NCBI GenBank assembly: GCA_043764155.1
Contig: JAYUKW010000031.1
Location: 71,439-135,438, forward strand
Source of the DNA: Bdellovibrionales bacterium
GTDB lineage: Bacteria; Bdellovibrionota; Bdellovibrionia; Bdellovibrionales; UBA1609
DNA length: 64,000 nucleotides
Direction of reading: 5' to 3'
Both the position numbers and the translations under genes were made by a program. Positions 1-8,125 of this stretch are shown piece by piece (position 1 is the first letter of the stretch; each line of letters starts with the position of its first letter). The notes under the pieces were generated by a model that saw nothing but the letters and a program-made list of their open reading frames with translations, did not search any database and had not been told where the DNA came from.

Positions 1-212
1 AATATTGGCCCAAAGAAGAGCGGCAGGACTTGGATCAGAATCTCACGAAGAAAAACGAACTAATGGTTACACGGACTGGCATTCACAGTATAAAATACAT
101 CCAGAATACATATCGCTATTTATGCAAACACGAATTTGTTACTTCACAAAGTTTAGAAGCAAATTCAGGGATTCTTGTGAATTTAAAAAATAGGGCTAAT
201 AAGCCATCCTAA
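1..212 (+). CDS. 3' end of an ORF open from the window edge, product unknown
   Basis: Frame 3 is open from base 3 to TAA at 210-212. The track lists it from an internal TTG at 30. No recognisable motif. Confidence 0.25.
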   Translation, partial: YWPKEERQDLDQNLTKKNELMVTRTGIHSIKYIQNTYRYLCKHEFVTSQSLEANSGILVNLKNRANKPS

Positions 213-213
213 A

Positions 214-708
214 TTAAATAAAAATTGAAAATCCAAAACAAATAATTGAAATAACAGTAGAAACACCCAGCAATAAAGCTAATTTCTTAAATTTTTGGTT
301 GGACTGTATAATTTGTAAATTTAAAGCCTTTATTTGGTTCACTTCCATTTGTACATCAAAAACTATAGATTTATGTAGCCCAATTCGATCTTCAATTCGC
401 CGACTTAAAGCGTCCACCTTGTTTTCTTTTTCATAAGATAAGGATCTAATTAAAGGGTGAGCGTCTGGATATTTATCCATAATTGCTAAACACCATTGTA
501 AAGACCTATAAATATACGCCGGCGCATCGCGACCCTCTTTGGTCCAACGAGTCCATGATGATGGATCAACTAATAAAAGCTTACAAATTTTTCGTCGACT
601 TAATCCTAAGGATTTTCTAATAGTTTCAAGGTCGCCAATCTCTTGAATGATTTGTTTTCGTTCATCTGGATATGGCCCAGCGTATGGGTTTTCCTCATTT
701 TTTATCAT
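214..708 (-). CDS. Hypothetical protein with a possible N-terminal HTH segment and a C-terminal transmembrane helix
   Basis: 164-aa ORF. The segment SLGLSRRKICKLLLVDPSSWTRW resembles an HTH. The hydrophobic tail is LALLLGVSTVISIICFGFSIFI. Confidence 0.5.
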   Translation of the reverse strand: MIKNEENPYAGPYPDERKQIIQEIGDLETIRKSLGLSRRKICKLLLVDPSSWTRWTKEGRDAPAYIYRSLQWCLAIMDKYPDAHPLIRSLSYEKENKVDALSRRIEDRIGLHKSIVFDVQMEVNQIKALNLQIIQSNQKFKKLALLLGVSTVISIICFGFSIFI

Positions 709-878
709 TACGCCCCCTATTTTCTATTTTTATAATCAAGATCTTATTGATATATTCAATATTATTAATTGAAATAAACAATATTGTAAGTCTAGTTTAA
801 AGTTAGTCTTTATAAGTCATTGATTTTTATAGATTTTTTAGGTGCCCAATCATACGTATGGACTAATTTAAAATACAC

Positions 879-902
879 TATAGCTTATAGTTATAAGCTA
901 TA
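879..902. repeat. Inverted repeat TATAGCTTATA-GT-TATAAGCTATA in a 558-nt AT-rich non-coding gap
   Basis: 11-nt perfect arms with a 2-nt spacer, read directly. It lies upstream of the HTH gene (214-708, minus). Operator function is only a guess. Confidence 0.4.
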
Positions 903-1266
903 TAGCTAAGTATATAATATCATTAATAATTTATTAATTTTAAATTCAATAAATGTTGTTGTCGACGGAAGTCGAGGTTGTTTTTGAAAAAATGGATTTC
1001 ACTCGGCTGAGGTTTTTTCGAGTATTTTAAATATCTTACTAAAACTCTAACTAGGTTCTACTAAAATCCCAATCTGTCCCTAAATGTAATGATGTAAGCT
1101 ATAAGGTTTGAAGTTTTTTAAGTCTTTGCGTTTTTATACAGAGGATGGGTTAAAAAGATTCCTATTATAGCCACTAATTGAGCTTGCAATCTTTACATCA
1201 CGGCTATGAATTCGTCTAAATAATGAGTATCAATTGCCAGTTTAAAAAATAAATAATGGAGTCAAA

Positions 1267-1596
1267 ATGAAAATAATAATTTTTGTATCAATGCTTTTGA
1301 TTGCTTCAAATGTTCTAGCTGATGAATCTACATGTAACACTGAAGTGAAAATTAACTCTAAGGATAATTCAGCATCAACGACGATCTATGGAGATGCGGC
1401 TAAAGCCATATATGAGTCTATGATTAAAGTACCTGAGTCTGATGGTGGCGGTATGGATAGCTTAGTTACAATAAAAAAAGGTCAATACGTAGAGTGCACT
1501 AAAGACGATCATATCTCTGGTGTTTCGTACTATTGCGTTTTGACAATAAACAGTGATGGTACTGTTGCTGTTAAAAATTTTATATTGAAAATTTAG
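1267..1596 (+). CDS. Small secreted hypothetical protein
   Basis: 109 aa. Signal-peptide-like N-terminus MKIIIFVSMLLIASNVLA. GGAG-type RBS (aatggag) upstream. Confidence 0.55.
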   Translation: MKIIIFVSMLLIASNVLADESTCNTEVKINSKDNSASTTIYGDAAKAIYESMIKVPESDGGGMDSLVTIKKGQYVECTKDDHISGVSYYCVLTINSDGTVAVKNFILKI

Positions 1597-1696
1597 TGTT
1601 ATTAAATCCCTTATTTAATTTCCAAGACTTGTGCACTAAATCACAGGCTTTCTATTTAGATTCATCCGGCTTGGTTATTAACACGACCCCTAATAT

Positions 1697-1759
1697 GAAC
1701 TGACTTAATTCTATAGATTGAAGCTTTGCAAGCTTCAATCTATAGAATTAGGTCAGTTC
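1697..1759. terminator. 63-nt hairpin (30-nt arms, 1 mismatch) with tip GAAGCTT-TGC-AAGCTTC
   Basis: gaactgacttaattctatagattgaagctt / aagcttcaatctatagaattaggtcagttc, read directly. It is downstream of ORF 1267-1596, and a second short stem CTGCTT/AAGCAG follows. Confidence 0.5.
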
Positions 1760-1827
1760 TGCTTTTGAAGCAGCTCTACCGATGACAAATCATCCGTTTT
1801 TTGATTAAAATAATTTTTGGAGAAAAA

Positions 1828-2274
1828 ATGAGTGATTTTAAATTAATTAATCTTACAGCTCTTTATTATAGCAAAATTGTAAAGTCCTTAAAATATTTAG
1901 AGTACAGCTATAACAGAACTTTAAAAATGCCATTAGATCCAATTTTAATGAATGATAGCGAGCTTGAAGCTTGGGATAGCTTCGCTTCTCGATTTGCCAG
2001 AAGTTCAGATATTTTTTTAAGTAAATTCTTAAAAGCGTATTTAATTAAAGACGATCCTGCCTTTGATGGTAGCTTTAAAGATACTCTGAACAGATCAGAA
2101 AAGCTGGGGTTGATAGAAAATGTAGAGACTTGGATGGAAATTAGACAACTAAGAAACGCTACTGTTCACGAATACAGTGACTCTGATTTAAAGATTATTT
2201 TTAGTAAATTCAGACAATTCACCCCACTCATTTTAGACTTAAGAACTAAACTCTCAAATGCGTCTCAATCTTAA
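1828..2274 (+). CDS. HEPN-domain protein, HepT-like (DUF86-type) putative toxin
   Basis: Rx4H motif followed by Y (LRNATVHEY). ATG at 1828 is preceded by GGAG; the track ORF starts at TTG 1801. Overlaps the downstream nucleotidyltransferase gene by 17 nt. Confidence 0.7.
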   Translation: MSDFKLINLTALYYSKIVKSLKYLEYSYNRTLKMPLDPILMNDSELEAWDSFASRFARSSDIFLSKFLKAYLIKDDPAFDGSFKDTLNRSEKLGLIENVETWMEIRQLRNATVHEYSDSDLKIIFSKFRQFTPLILDLRTKLSNASQS

Positions 2275-2566
2275 AGAAATCGCCATTATTCAGAAGGCCT
2301 TTAGAACTATTTTTCAGAAAAACAGTTTTAAACTTTATTTATTTGGCAGCAGAACAGACAATAACAAAAAAGGTGGAGATATAGATCTACTTGTTTTGGT
2401 TGATCAAAATGATAAACAAATATTTATTGATGGAAAAATAAAAATCTTAAAAGCAATTTTTGAAGATCTAGATGAACAAAAAATAGATATTACAGTAGTA
2501 ACTCATACAGAATTAAATTCAGACTTTTTTCTTAAAATCATTTCAAAATCTATGATAGAGCTTTGA
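2258..2566 (+). CDS. Minimal nucleotidyltransferase, MntA-like putative antitoxin
   Basis: Pol-beta NTase signature LFGSRTDNNKKGGDIDLLVLV (GS..., DxD). 102 aa. Confidence 0.75.
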   Translation: MRLNLKEIAIIQKAFRTIFQKNSFKLYLFGSRTDNNKKGGDIDLLVLVDQNDKQIFIDGKIKILKAIFEDLDEQKIDITVVTHTELNSDFFLKIISKSMIEL

Positions 2567-2641
2567 TTTCATCTATTTTTCAACCCCTGTATTTAAATTC
2601 AAACACAATGTGACCTAATTAATTTAAATTATTAAGACTTA

Positions 2642-3307
2642 ATGCCTGGTTTCAAAGGATTTGCTGGAATTAAATCCGTGGTCTGTTTTGCCTTAAGTCT
2701 GGCAGACCTGGGTCTTGATGTTGAACTCAGTTCAATTATGATAAATGTAATGCAAACATTAAAAGATAAAAAAATCAGATCAAAACCCTACTCTTTAAAT
2801 AAGAATAAATATTTGCTCGACTTTGAGTTTGATAAATTAAATCAGATTTTAACTAGCTTTGAAGATCAAGACATTAGAAATGTTTTAATACTTAAACTGG
2901 CACTATCAACAGGTGCTAGAGCAACCGAGCTTTTAAACATTAAGATTAATGATTTGGATATCAAATCTAAGTCAGTATTTATCTACGGTATTAAGGGCAG
3001 CAATGACCGAGAAATACCCCTTGAGACAAAGCTTTTTGTAAGCCTTCAAAAGTTTATTCAAACCGAAGGGAAAAGTGAACGGCTTTTTGAAATCTCGTAT
3101 CCCCGACTTGTACAAATTTGGCTTAACTATAGGCCTGTTCAAAAATCATTTCATGCCTTACGACATACGTTTGCCATACGTCTATACAAAAAAACTCGGG
3201 ATATACGTCTGCTTCAGTTTGCCTTAGGTCATAGAAATATCGCGAACACTATGATTTATGCTGACTATGTTTATTCTCAAGAGGAATTAAGACGACTTAT
3301 TCTTTAA
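2642..3307 (+). CDS. Tyrosine recombinase/integrase, catalytic domain only
   Basis: R-H-R-Y catalytic set: GARATEL, HALRHTF, LGHRN, MIYADY. The likely real start is ATG 2738 or 2750. There is no room for an N-terminal core-binding domain. Confidence 0.8.
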   Translation: MPGFKGFAGIKSVVCFALSLADLGLDVELSSIMINVMQTLKDKKIRSKPYSLNKNKYLLDFEFDKLNQILTSFEDQDIRNVLILKLALSTGARATELLNIKINDLDIKSKSVFIYGIKGSNDREIPLETKLFVSLQKFIQTEGKSERLFEISYPRLVQIWLNYRPVQKSFHALRHTFAIRLYKKTRDIRLLQFALGHRNIANTMIYADYVYSQEELRRLIL

Positions 3308-3446
3308 ATATTAATCCTATCTTTTATCTAATCAGGTTATCACTTTAATTTAGCGACTTAAGATTGTTTTACTTTAGATTACAAATCTTGACTAAAATCT
3401 AATATAATTTTCTAGCCATAAAATTTGGAATTGATACTATAAATTT

Positions 3447-3728
3447 ATGACTTCAGAAAAATTTCAAATCTTTAAAGACCGTGTTCAAGTGTATTTAGAC
3501 TGTAGCGCTTTTGACGTCAAAGCGCTTAAAGCTAATCTTGAAACCCCATCTAACACAGAGCTTTTAAAAATATTTAAAACTGAACTTCTTACGGCCATTC
3601 AGTCTGACACTCTGGATAGACATGTATACGAAGAGCTAACAGGTTTAGATTTTGACGATGATTTATCTTACAAGGACTACCTTCAAGTCATTTACAATTA
3701 TTTATTTGCTGGCGGCGCACAACCTTAG
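3447..3728 (+). CDS. Hypothetical protein (acidic, 93 aa)
   Basis: ORF only. No motif recognised. Confidence 0.4.
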   Translation: MTSEKFQIFKDRVQVYLDCSAFDVKALKANLETPSNTELLKIFKTELLTAIQSDTLDRHVYEELTGLDFDDDLSYKDYLQVIYNYLFAGGAQP

Positions 3729-3734
3729 GTATCG

Positions 3735-4034
3735 TTAAGCTTGTTTTTTTATAATTTCCTCTGAAGTGGCATATTCAATCGCTTGAAAAATATGAATTTC
3801 AAAGCGGGTTGACCAGGTTATGTTATATCCACCTTCAGTCGCAAAGACTTTATTCCATTCATCTTGATTTTTTGGAAAGCATTTAACTTTTTTAAAAAAA
3901 GAAAGGTCAGAGATATATTTTTTACCCTCCGTAGTTTCAAACTCAATTTTAGGATACTTCAAAGAAGTAACGTTTTTGACTAATATATTGGCTTGATCTA
4001 TGGCAAATCCTCTCCTTGTATAGCTTTGTTCCAA
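3735..4034 (-). CDS. DUF2442-like small protein
   Basis: The pattern ILVKNVTSLKYPKIEFETTEGKKYISDLSFF fits my recollection of DUF2442. TTG start. Sits directly downstream of a DUF4160-like remnant, the usual partner. Confidence 0.45.
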   Translation of the reverse strand: MEQSYTRRGFAIDQANILVKNVTSLKYPKIEFETTEGKKYISDLSFFKKVKCFPKNQDEWNKVFATEGGYNITWSTRFEIHIFQAIEYATSEEIIKKQA

Positions 4035-4212
4035 GCTTCCTTAAGTTCTAAAATTCTTTTGTAAGTTTCGTTGCTCTAGTACCAATATTACCATTTAGTA
4101 AATTTCCTTCTAAATCAAAAACCGCCCATTCGTTTTGATATTTAACGTGAATATGAGGATTTTTATGTTTATTCACATCAAACCAATACATATAAACAAC
4201 GATTCCAAACAA
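3998..4212 (-). pseudogene. DUF4160-like gene, apparently frameshifted and lacking an ATG start
   Basis: Minus-strand translation gives (T)ELFGIVVYMYWFDVNKHKNPHIHVKYQNEWAVFDLEGNLLNGNIGTRATKLTKEF*. The expected C-terminus KRILELKEAWNKAIQGEDLP* continues in another frame after the T4/A4 run at 4057-4060. Only a TTG (4210-4212) is available as a start. Confidence 0.4.
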
Positions 4213-4266
4213 TTCAGTTTGAAAATTATAGCCTGATTCTGTGAAAGGCTTTATTTTAAATACGAA

Positions 4267-4818
4267 ATGAGCTATTTCTACCTCATGTCAAAACTACGTC
4301 TTATCAATCTGAGCGAAATCAACGAATCTAAAAAAACTTTTACATTCGATAGTATCGAATCTTTAGGTGGTGATTCAGGAGAATTCCAACTTAAAAGCCT
4401 GAACCTAAACTTAAGTATTCAGGATGCTGGGGATGGCTATTATGTTTCCGGTGAACTTAAAATTTTAAGACAGTACCCATGCACTCTTTGTAGCTTCGAG
4501 GCTGATCTGGCTCAAAATATAAAATTTGACGAGTTCATTCGTGTCGACCCAAGCTTTGACGCTGATTCTGAATTGGTAGCAAAAAGTGACGAATCAGAAT
4601 CTCTAGTAATTAAATCCCACGTTTGGGATCTTTTAGAATTCATCAGAGAAACTATTTATCTTGAAGAGCCCGTACAGTTTTACCCTAAGGGTCAAGAATG
4701 CAAAACCAAATGCCCCAACTACTTAGAATTAGTCTCCAAAGGGATTTTGATCGATTCAGAAGAAGCTAAACCGGCCTCTGCTTTTGATAAGCTTAAGAAT
4801 TTTCAATTCAAAGGTTGA
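4267..4818 (+). CDS. yceD: YceD/DUF177 family protein (23S rRNA accumulation protein)
   Basis: Conserved position immediately upstream of rpmF. Paired Cys motifs CTLC and CKTKC. Acidic 183-aa protein. Confidence 0.7.
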   Translation: MSYFYLMSKLRLINLSEINESKKTFTFDSIESLGGDSGEFQLKSLNLNLSIQDAGDGYYVSGELKILRQYPCTLCSFEADLAQNIKFDEFIRVDPSFDADSELVAKSDESESLVIKSHVWDLLEFIRETIYLEEPVQFYPKGQECKTKCPNYLELVSKGILIDSEEAKPASAFDKLKNFQFKG

Positions 4819-4889
4819 TTTTTATTCTAAAGCCTGTGAAAACAGGAGCTTCTGTTTAATTTGATTCGTATTTTTGGAGGTTATTAGTT

Positions 4890-5069
4890 ATGGCGATGCC
4901 TAAGAGTAAAATTTCTCGTTCAAGACGTGGCATGAGACGATCTCATGATTCACTTAAGTCCCCCACTGTTCACAAGTGTAAAAACTGTGGCGCTCACTAT
5001 AAACCTCACCACCTTTGTTTATCTTGCGGCTACTATAATGGAAAAGAAGTCGTTACAGCTGAACTATAA
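4890..5069 (+). CDS. rpmF: 50S ribosomal protein L32
   Basis: Not in the ORF track (59 aa). Translated by hand: MAMPKSKISRSRRGMRRSHDSLKSPTVHKCKNCGAHYKPHHLCLSCGYYNGKEVVTAEL. GGAGG RBS at 4876-4880. Confidence 0.9.
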   Translation: MAMPKSKISRSRRGMRRSHDSLKSPTVHKCKNCGAHYKPHHLCLSCGYYNGKEVVTAEL

Positions 5070-5107
5070 ACTATCCCTTAAATATCAATTATTTAAAGGG
5101 GGGTTAA

Positions 5108-6091
5108 ATGTTTAAATCTCAAATCATGGGCATTGGTTCTTACCTGCCTGAAAAACTCTTAACCAACAAAGACCTTGAGTCTATGGTAGACACTACTGAT
5201 GAGTGGATTTTTGCTCGTACAGGAATTTCTCAAAGACATATTGCCGATCCAAGCCAAGTCACTAGTGATTTGGCTTTAATTGCGTCTCAAGCAGCTTTAA
5301 AAGAAGCCGGTCTTGAACCAAAAGACATTGATTTTATTTTTTTCGCTACAACTACACCTGATCAAATCATGCCAAGTGCGGCGAGCATCCTTCAACATAA
5401 GATAGGTGCAAGTTGCGGAGCTCTGGACGTTTACGCGGCGTGCTCAGGATTTTTATACTCACTGTCCATTGCTGACCAAATGATTAAAACCGGAGTTTAC
5501 AAGAATATTTTAATCGTCGGCGCTGAAATTTTAAGTCGGTTTGTAGATTATGAAGACCGCACCACGTGTATTTTATTTGGTGATGGGGCTGGGGCCTTTA
5601 TTTTGTCCAGAGCCGATGAAAAATCTAAATCTGAAATTTTAGGTCATAAACTCGGAGCCGATGGAAGCTTAGGGGATCTTTTGATTTTACCTGCCGGTGG
5701 AACCAAACACCCTGCTACAATTGAAACCGTCCAAGAAAAACAACATTTTGTTAAAATGAACGGTCGAGAGATCTTTAAAAATGCTGTTAGAGCCATGTCT
5801 CAGTGCTCCAAAGATGTACTAGAAAAAACCAACACAGATCCAAAAGATATAGATTGGTTGATTCCACATCAAGCCAACACACGTATTATTGAAGCTGTCG
5901 CTAAGCAGTTTGATATCAGTATGGATAAAGTGATTTTAGATATTGAAAACATGGGAAATACGTCTTCTGCCACAGTCCCTTGTGCGATGAACACAGCTGT
6001 CGGTATGAAAAAAATCAAACGTGGTGATTTAGTTATGCTCACGGCTTTTGGTGGCGGCTTAACAAGCGCCAGTATTTTACTGAGGTACTAA
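5108..6091 (+). CDS. fabH: 3-oxoacyl-ACP synthase III
   Basis: Catalytic triad contexts AACSGFLY, HQAN, GNTSSAT. Position in the fab cluster. Confidence 0.95.
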   Translation: MFKSQIMGIGSYLPEKLLTNKDLESMVDTTDEWIFARTGISQRHIADPSQVTSDLALIASQAALKEAGLEPKDIDFIFFATTTPDQIMPSAASILQHKIGASCGALDVYAACSGFLYSLSIADQMIKTGVYKNILIVGAEILSRFVDYEDRTTCILFGDGAGAFILSRADEKSKSEILGHKLGADGSLGDLLILPAGGTKHPATIETVQEKQHFVKMNGREIFKNAVRAMSQCSKDVLEKTNTDPKDIDWLIPHQANTRIIEAVAKQFDISMDKVILDIENMGNTSSATVPCAMNTAVGMKKIKRGDLVMLTAFGGGLTSASILLRY

Positions 6092-6095
6092 CATT

Positions 6096-7064
6096 ATGTC
6101 TGACTTAAATTCAGATTCAAAAGTTGCTTTTCTTTACCCTGGTCAAGGCAGTCAATCTGTTGGAATGGGTAAATATTTATTTGAGAATTTTTCTGAAGTT
6201 AAACAGTTATTTGAAGAAGCCTCTGACGCCATTTCGGTCAATTTAAAAAAATTATGTTTTGATGGTCCTGAATCTGAACTGATGAAGACTGAAAACACAC
6301 AGCCTGCGATTGTCACAGTTTCTATTGCTGTCACCCAAGTTTTAAAAAATGAATTTGGTGTCACGCCTTCAACGACCGCGGGTCATTCCGTGGGCGAGTA
6401 TGCAGCGGCTTATGCGGCTGGATGTCTTTCTGTCTTTGATGCGATTAAAGCCGTTAAACTTCGTGGGCGTTACATGCAGGACGCCGTCCCCGAAGGTTTA
6501 GGGGCTATGGCGGCATTTATGGGACCTTCTGCTGAGGAAGTTGTAAGGATTTGTGAATGGGTTTCCAAAAATTCAGATATGGGAATTCTGGAAGCGGCCA
6601 ACTTCAATGCTCCAGGGCAAATCGTGATCAGTGGTCATGCTACGGCCTTAACTTGGTTAGAAAAAAATGTGGATTTAATACCAAATAAACCTGCTCGAAT
6701 GAAATTGATTCCACTAAAAGTGTCGGCCCCCTTTCACTGTTCACTGATGAAACCGGCCCAATTACAAATGCAAGATTTTTTAAATGGAGTCACATTTACA
6801 GATCCAAAAATTAATTTTATTCAAAATGTCTCAGCAGAAATCTCTAGAACTAAAATTCAAGTGAAAGATCTTTTGGTGAAGCAGATCAGCTCGCCTGTGC
6901 GTTGGATTGAATGCACTGAAAAAATAAAAGCACTTGGGGCCACTGAATTAGTAGAAGTGGGTTCAGGGCAAGTTTTAAAAGGCTTAACAAAAAAAATCTG
7001 GCCAGAATTTGAAAAATTTAGATCTACAAACAACCTTGATGATTTAAAATTATTTTCAAATTGA
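6096..7064 (+). CDS. fabD: Malonyl-CoA:ACP transacylase
   Basis: GHSVGEYAA active-site motif and FPGQGSQ-like N-terminus (YPGQGSQ). Confidence 0.95.
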   Translation: MSDLNSDSKVAFLYPGQGSQSVGMGKYLFENFSEVKQLFEEASDAISVNLKKLCFDGPESELMKTENTQPAIVTVSIAVTQVLKNEFGVTPSTTAGHSVGEYAAAYAAGCLSVFDAIKAVKLRGRYMQDAVPEGLGAMAAFMGPSAEEVVRICEWVSKNSDMGILEAANFNAPGQIVISGHATALTWLEKNVDLIPNKPARMKLIPLKVSAPFHCSLMKPAQLQMQDFLNGVTFTDPKINFIQNVSAEISRTKIQVKDLLVKQISSPVRWIECTEKIKALGATELVEVGSGQVLKGLTKKIWPEFEKFRSTNNLDDLKLFSN

Positions 7065-7077
7065 AATAGGACTAAGT

Positions 7078-7821
7078 ATGGATTTAAAAAATAAAAATAT
7101 TTTTATAACAGGTTCTAGCCGTGGAATTGGTGCGGGCATTGCTTTGAAGCTTGCAACCATGGGCGCTAAGGTCACCATCACTTATTTAAAAAATAAAGAC
7201 GAAGCTGATATAGTTTTTCAAGATCTGCCAGGCGAAGGGCATTTATTACTGGCCTTAGATGTTAATGATGAAGAGTCCGTCAAAGAAGCTACAGATTTGG
7301 CGATCAAAGAATGGAGTGGCAAAATTGATGGGCTAGTTAATAACGCCGGGATCACCCGCGATCAGCTGCTTTTAAGGATGAAAAAAGAAGATTTTGATGA
7401 TGTGTACTCGACAAATTTACGTGGATCTTTTTACACAACCAAAATGCTTTTAAAGTCCATGATGAAGTTGAGAAAAGGATCTATCGTAAATATTTCTAGC
7501 GTTGTTGGTCAAATGGGCAACGCAGGGCAGTCAAATTACTCGGCGACCAAGGCAGGATTAGAAGCTTTTTCAAGATCTATTGCCAGAGAAATTGGCTCTC
7601 GAAATATTCGAGTCAATGCCATTGCCCCTGGTTTTATTCAGACCGACATGACGGACGAGCTTTCAGAGGCTCAAAAGCAAGCTTTGATTAAAGATTTACC
7701 ACTTGGACGCTTAGGGCAAGTGGATGATGTTGCTGAAAGTGTAGCCTTTTTGTTAAGCGATGCTTCCTCGTATATCACTGGACACACGCTTCACGTTAAT
7801 GGTGGAATGTTCATGAATTAA
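7078..7821 (+). CDS. fabG: 3-oxoacyl-ACP reductase (SDR)
   Basis: TGSSRGIG cofactor motif, NNAG, YSATKAG (YxxxK). Confidence 0.95.
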   Translation: MDLKNKNIFITGSSRGIGAGIALKLATMGAKVTITYLKNKDEADIVFQDLPGEGHLLLALDVNDEESVKEATDLAIKEWSGKIDGLVNNAGITRDQLLLRMKKEDFDDVYSTNLRGSFYTTKMLLKSMMKLRKGSIVNISSVVGQMGNAGQSNYSATKAGLEAFSRSIAREIGSRNIRVNAIAPGFIQTDMTDELSEAQKQALIKDLPLGRLGQVDDVAESVAFLLSDASSYITGHTLHVNGGMFMN

Positions 7822-7883
7822 ATTATAACTATATAAAAACTAGGAGAACTAAAATGTTAGAAACAAAAAATAATGGAGGAGTT

Positions 7884-8117
7884 ATGTCATTGGATCCAAA
7901 AATTAAGAAGATCATCGAAGATCAGTTAGGTGTTGAAGGTGATAAAGTCACTCCAAACGCTTCATTCATTGATGATTTAGGCGCTGACAGTCTTGATATC
8001 GTTGAGCTGGTTATGGCTATGGAAGAAGAATTTGACATGGAAATTCCAGATGAAGACGCTGAAAAATTAAAAACTGTTCAGAACGTTATGGATTATATCC
8101 AGAGCAAAAAAGGGTAA
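7884..8117 (+). CDS. acpP: Acyl carrier protein
   Basis: [19 protein letters not shown] phosphopantetheine site. ATG 7884 is preceded by GGAGGA; the track ORF starts upstream at 7854. Confidence 0.95.
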   Translation: MSLDPKIKKIIEDQLGVEGDKVTPNASFIDDLGADSLDIVELVMAMEEEFDMEIPDEDAEKLKTVQNVMDYIQSKKG

Positions 8118-8125
8118 TCCTTTTT

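Noticed and set aside
5-193. 62-aa ORF in frame 2 at the window start
   Set aside because: It overlaps the frame-3 ORF that is open to the window edge. Neither is supported by motifs, so only the edge-open frame is listed, at low confidence.
6152-6364. 70-aa minus-strand ORF inside fabD
   Set aside because: It is antisense to a confidently identified gene, has no motif, and is of a length expected by chance.
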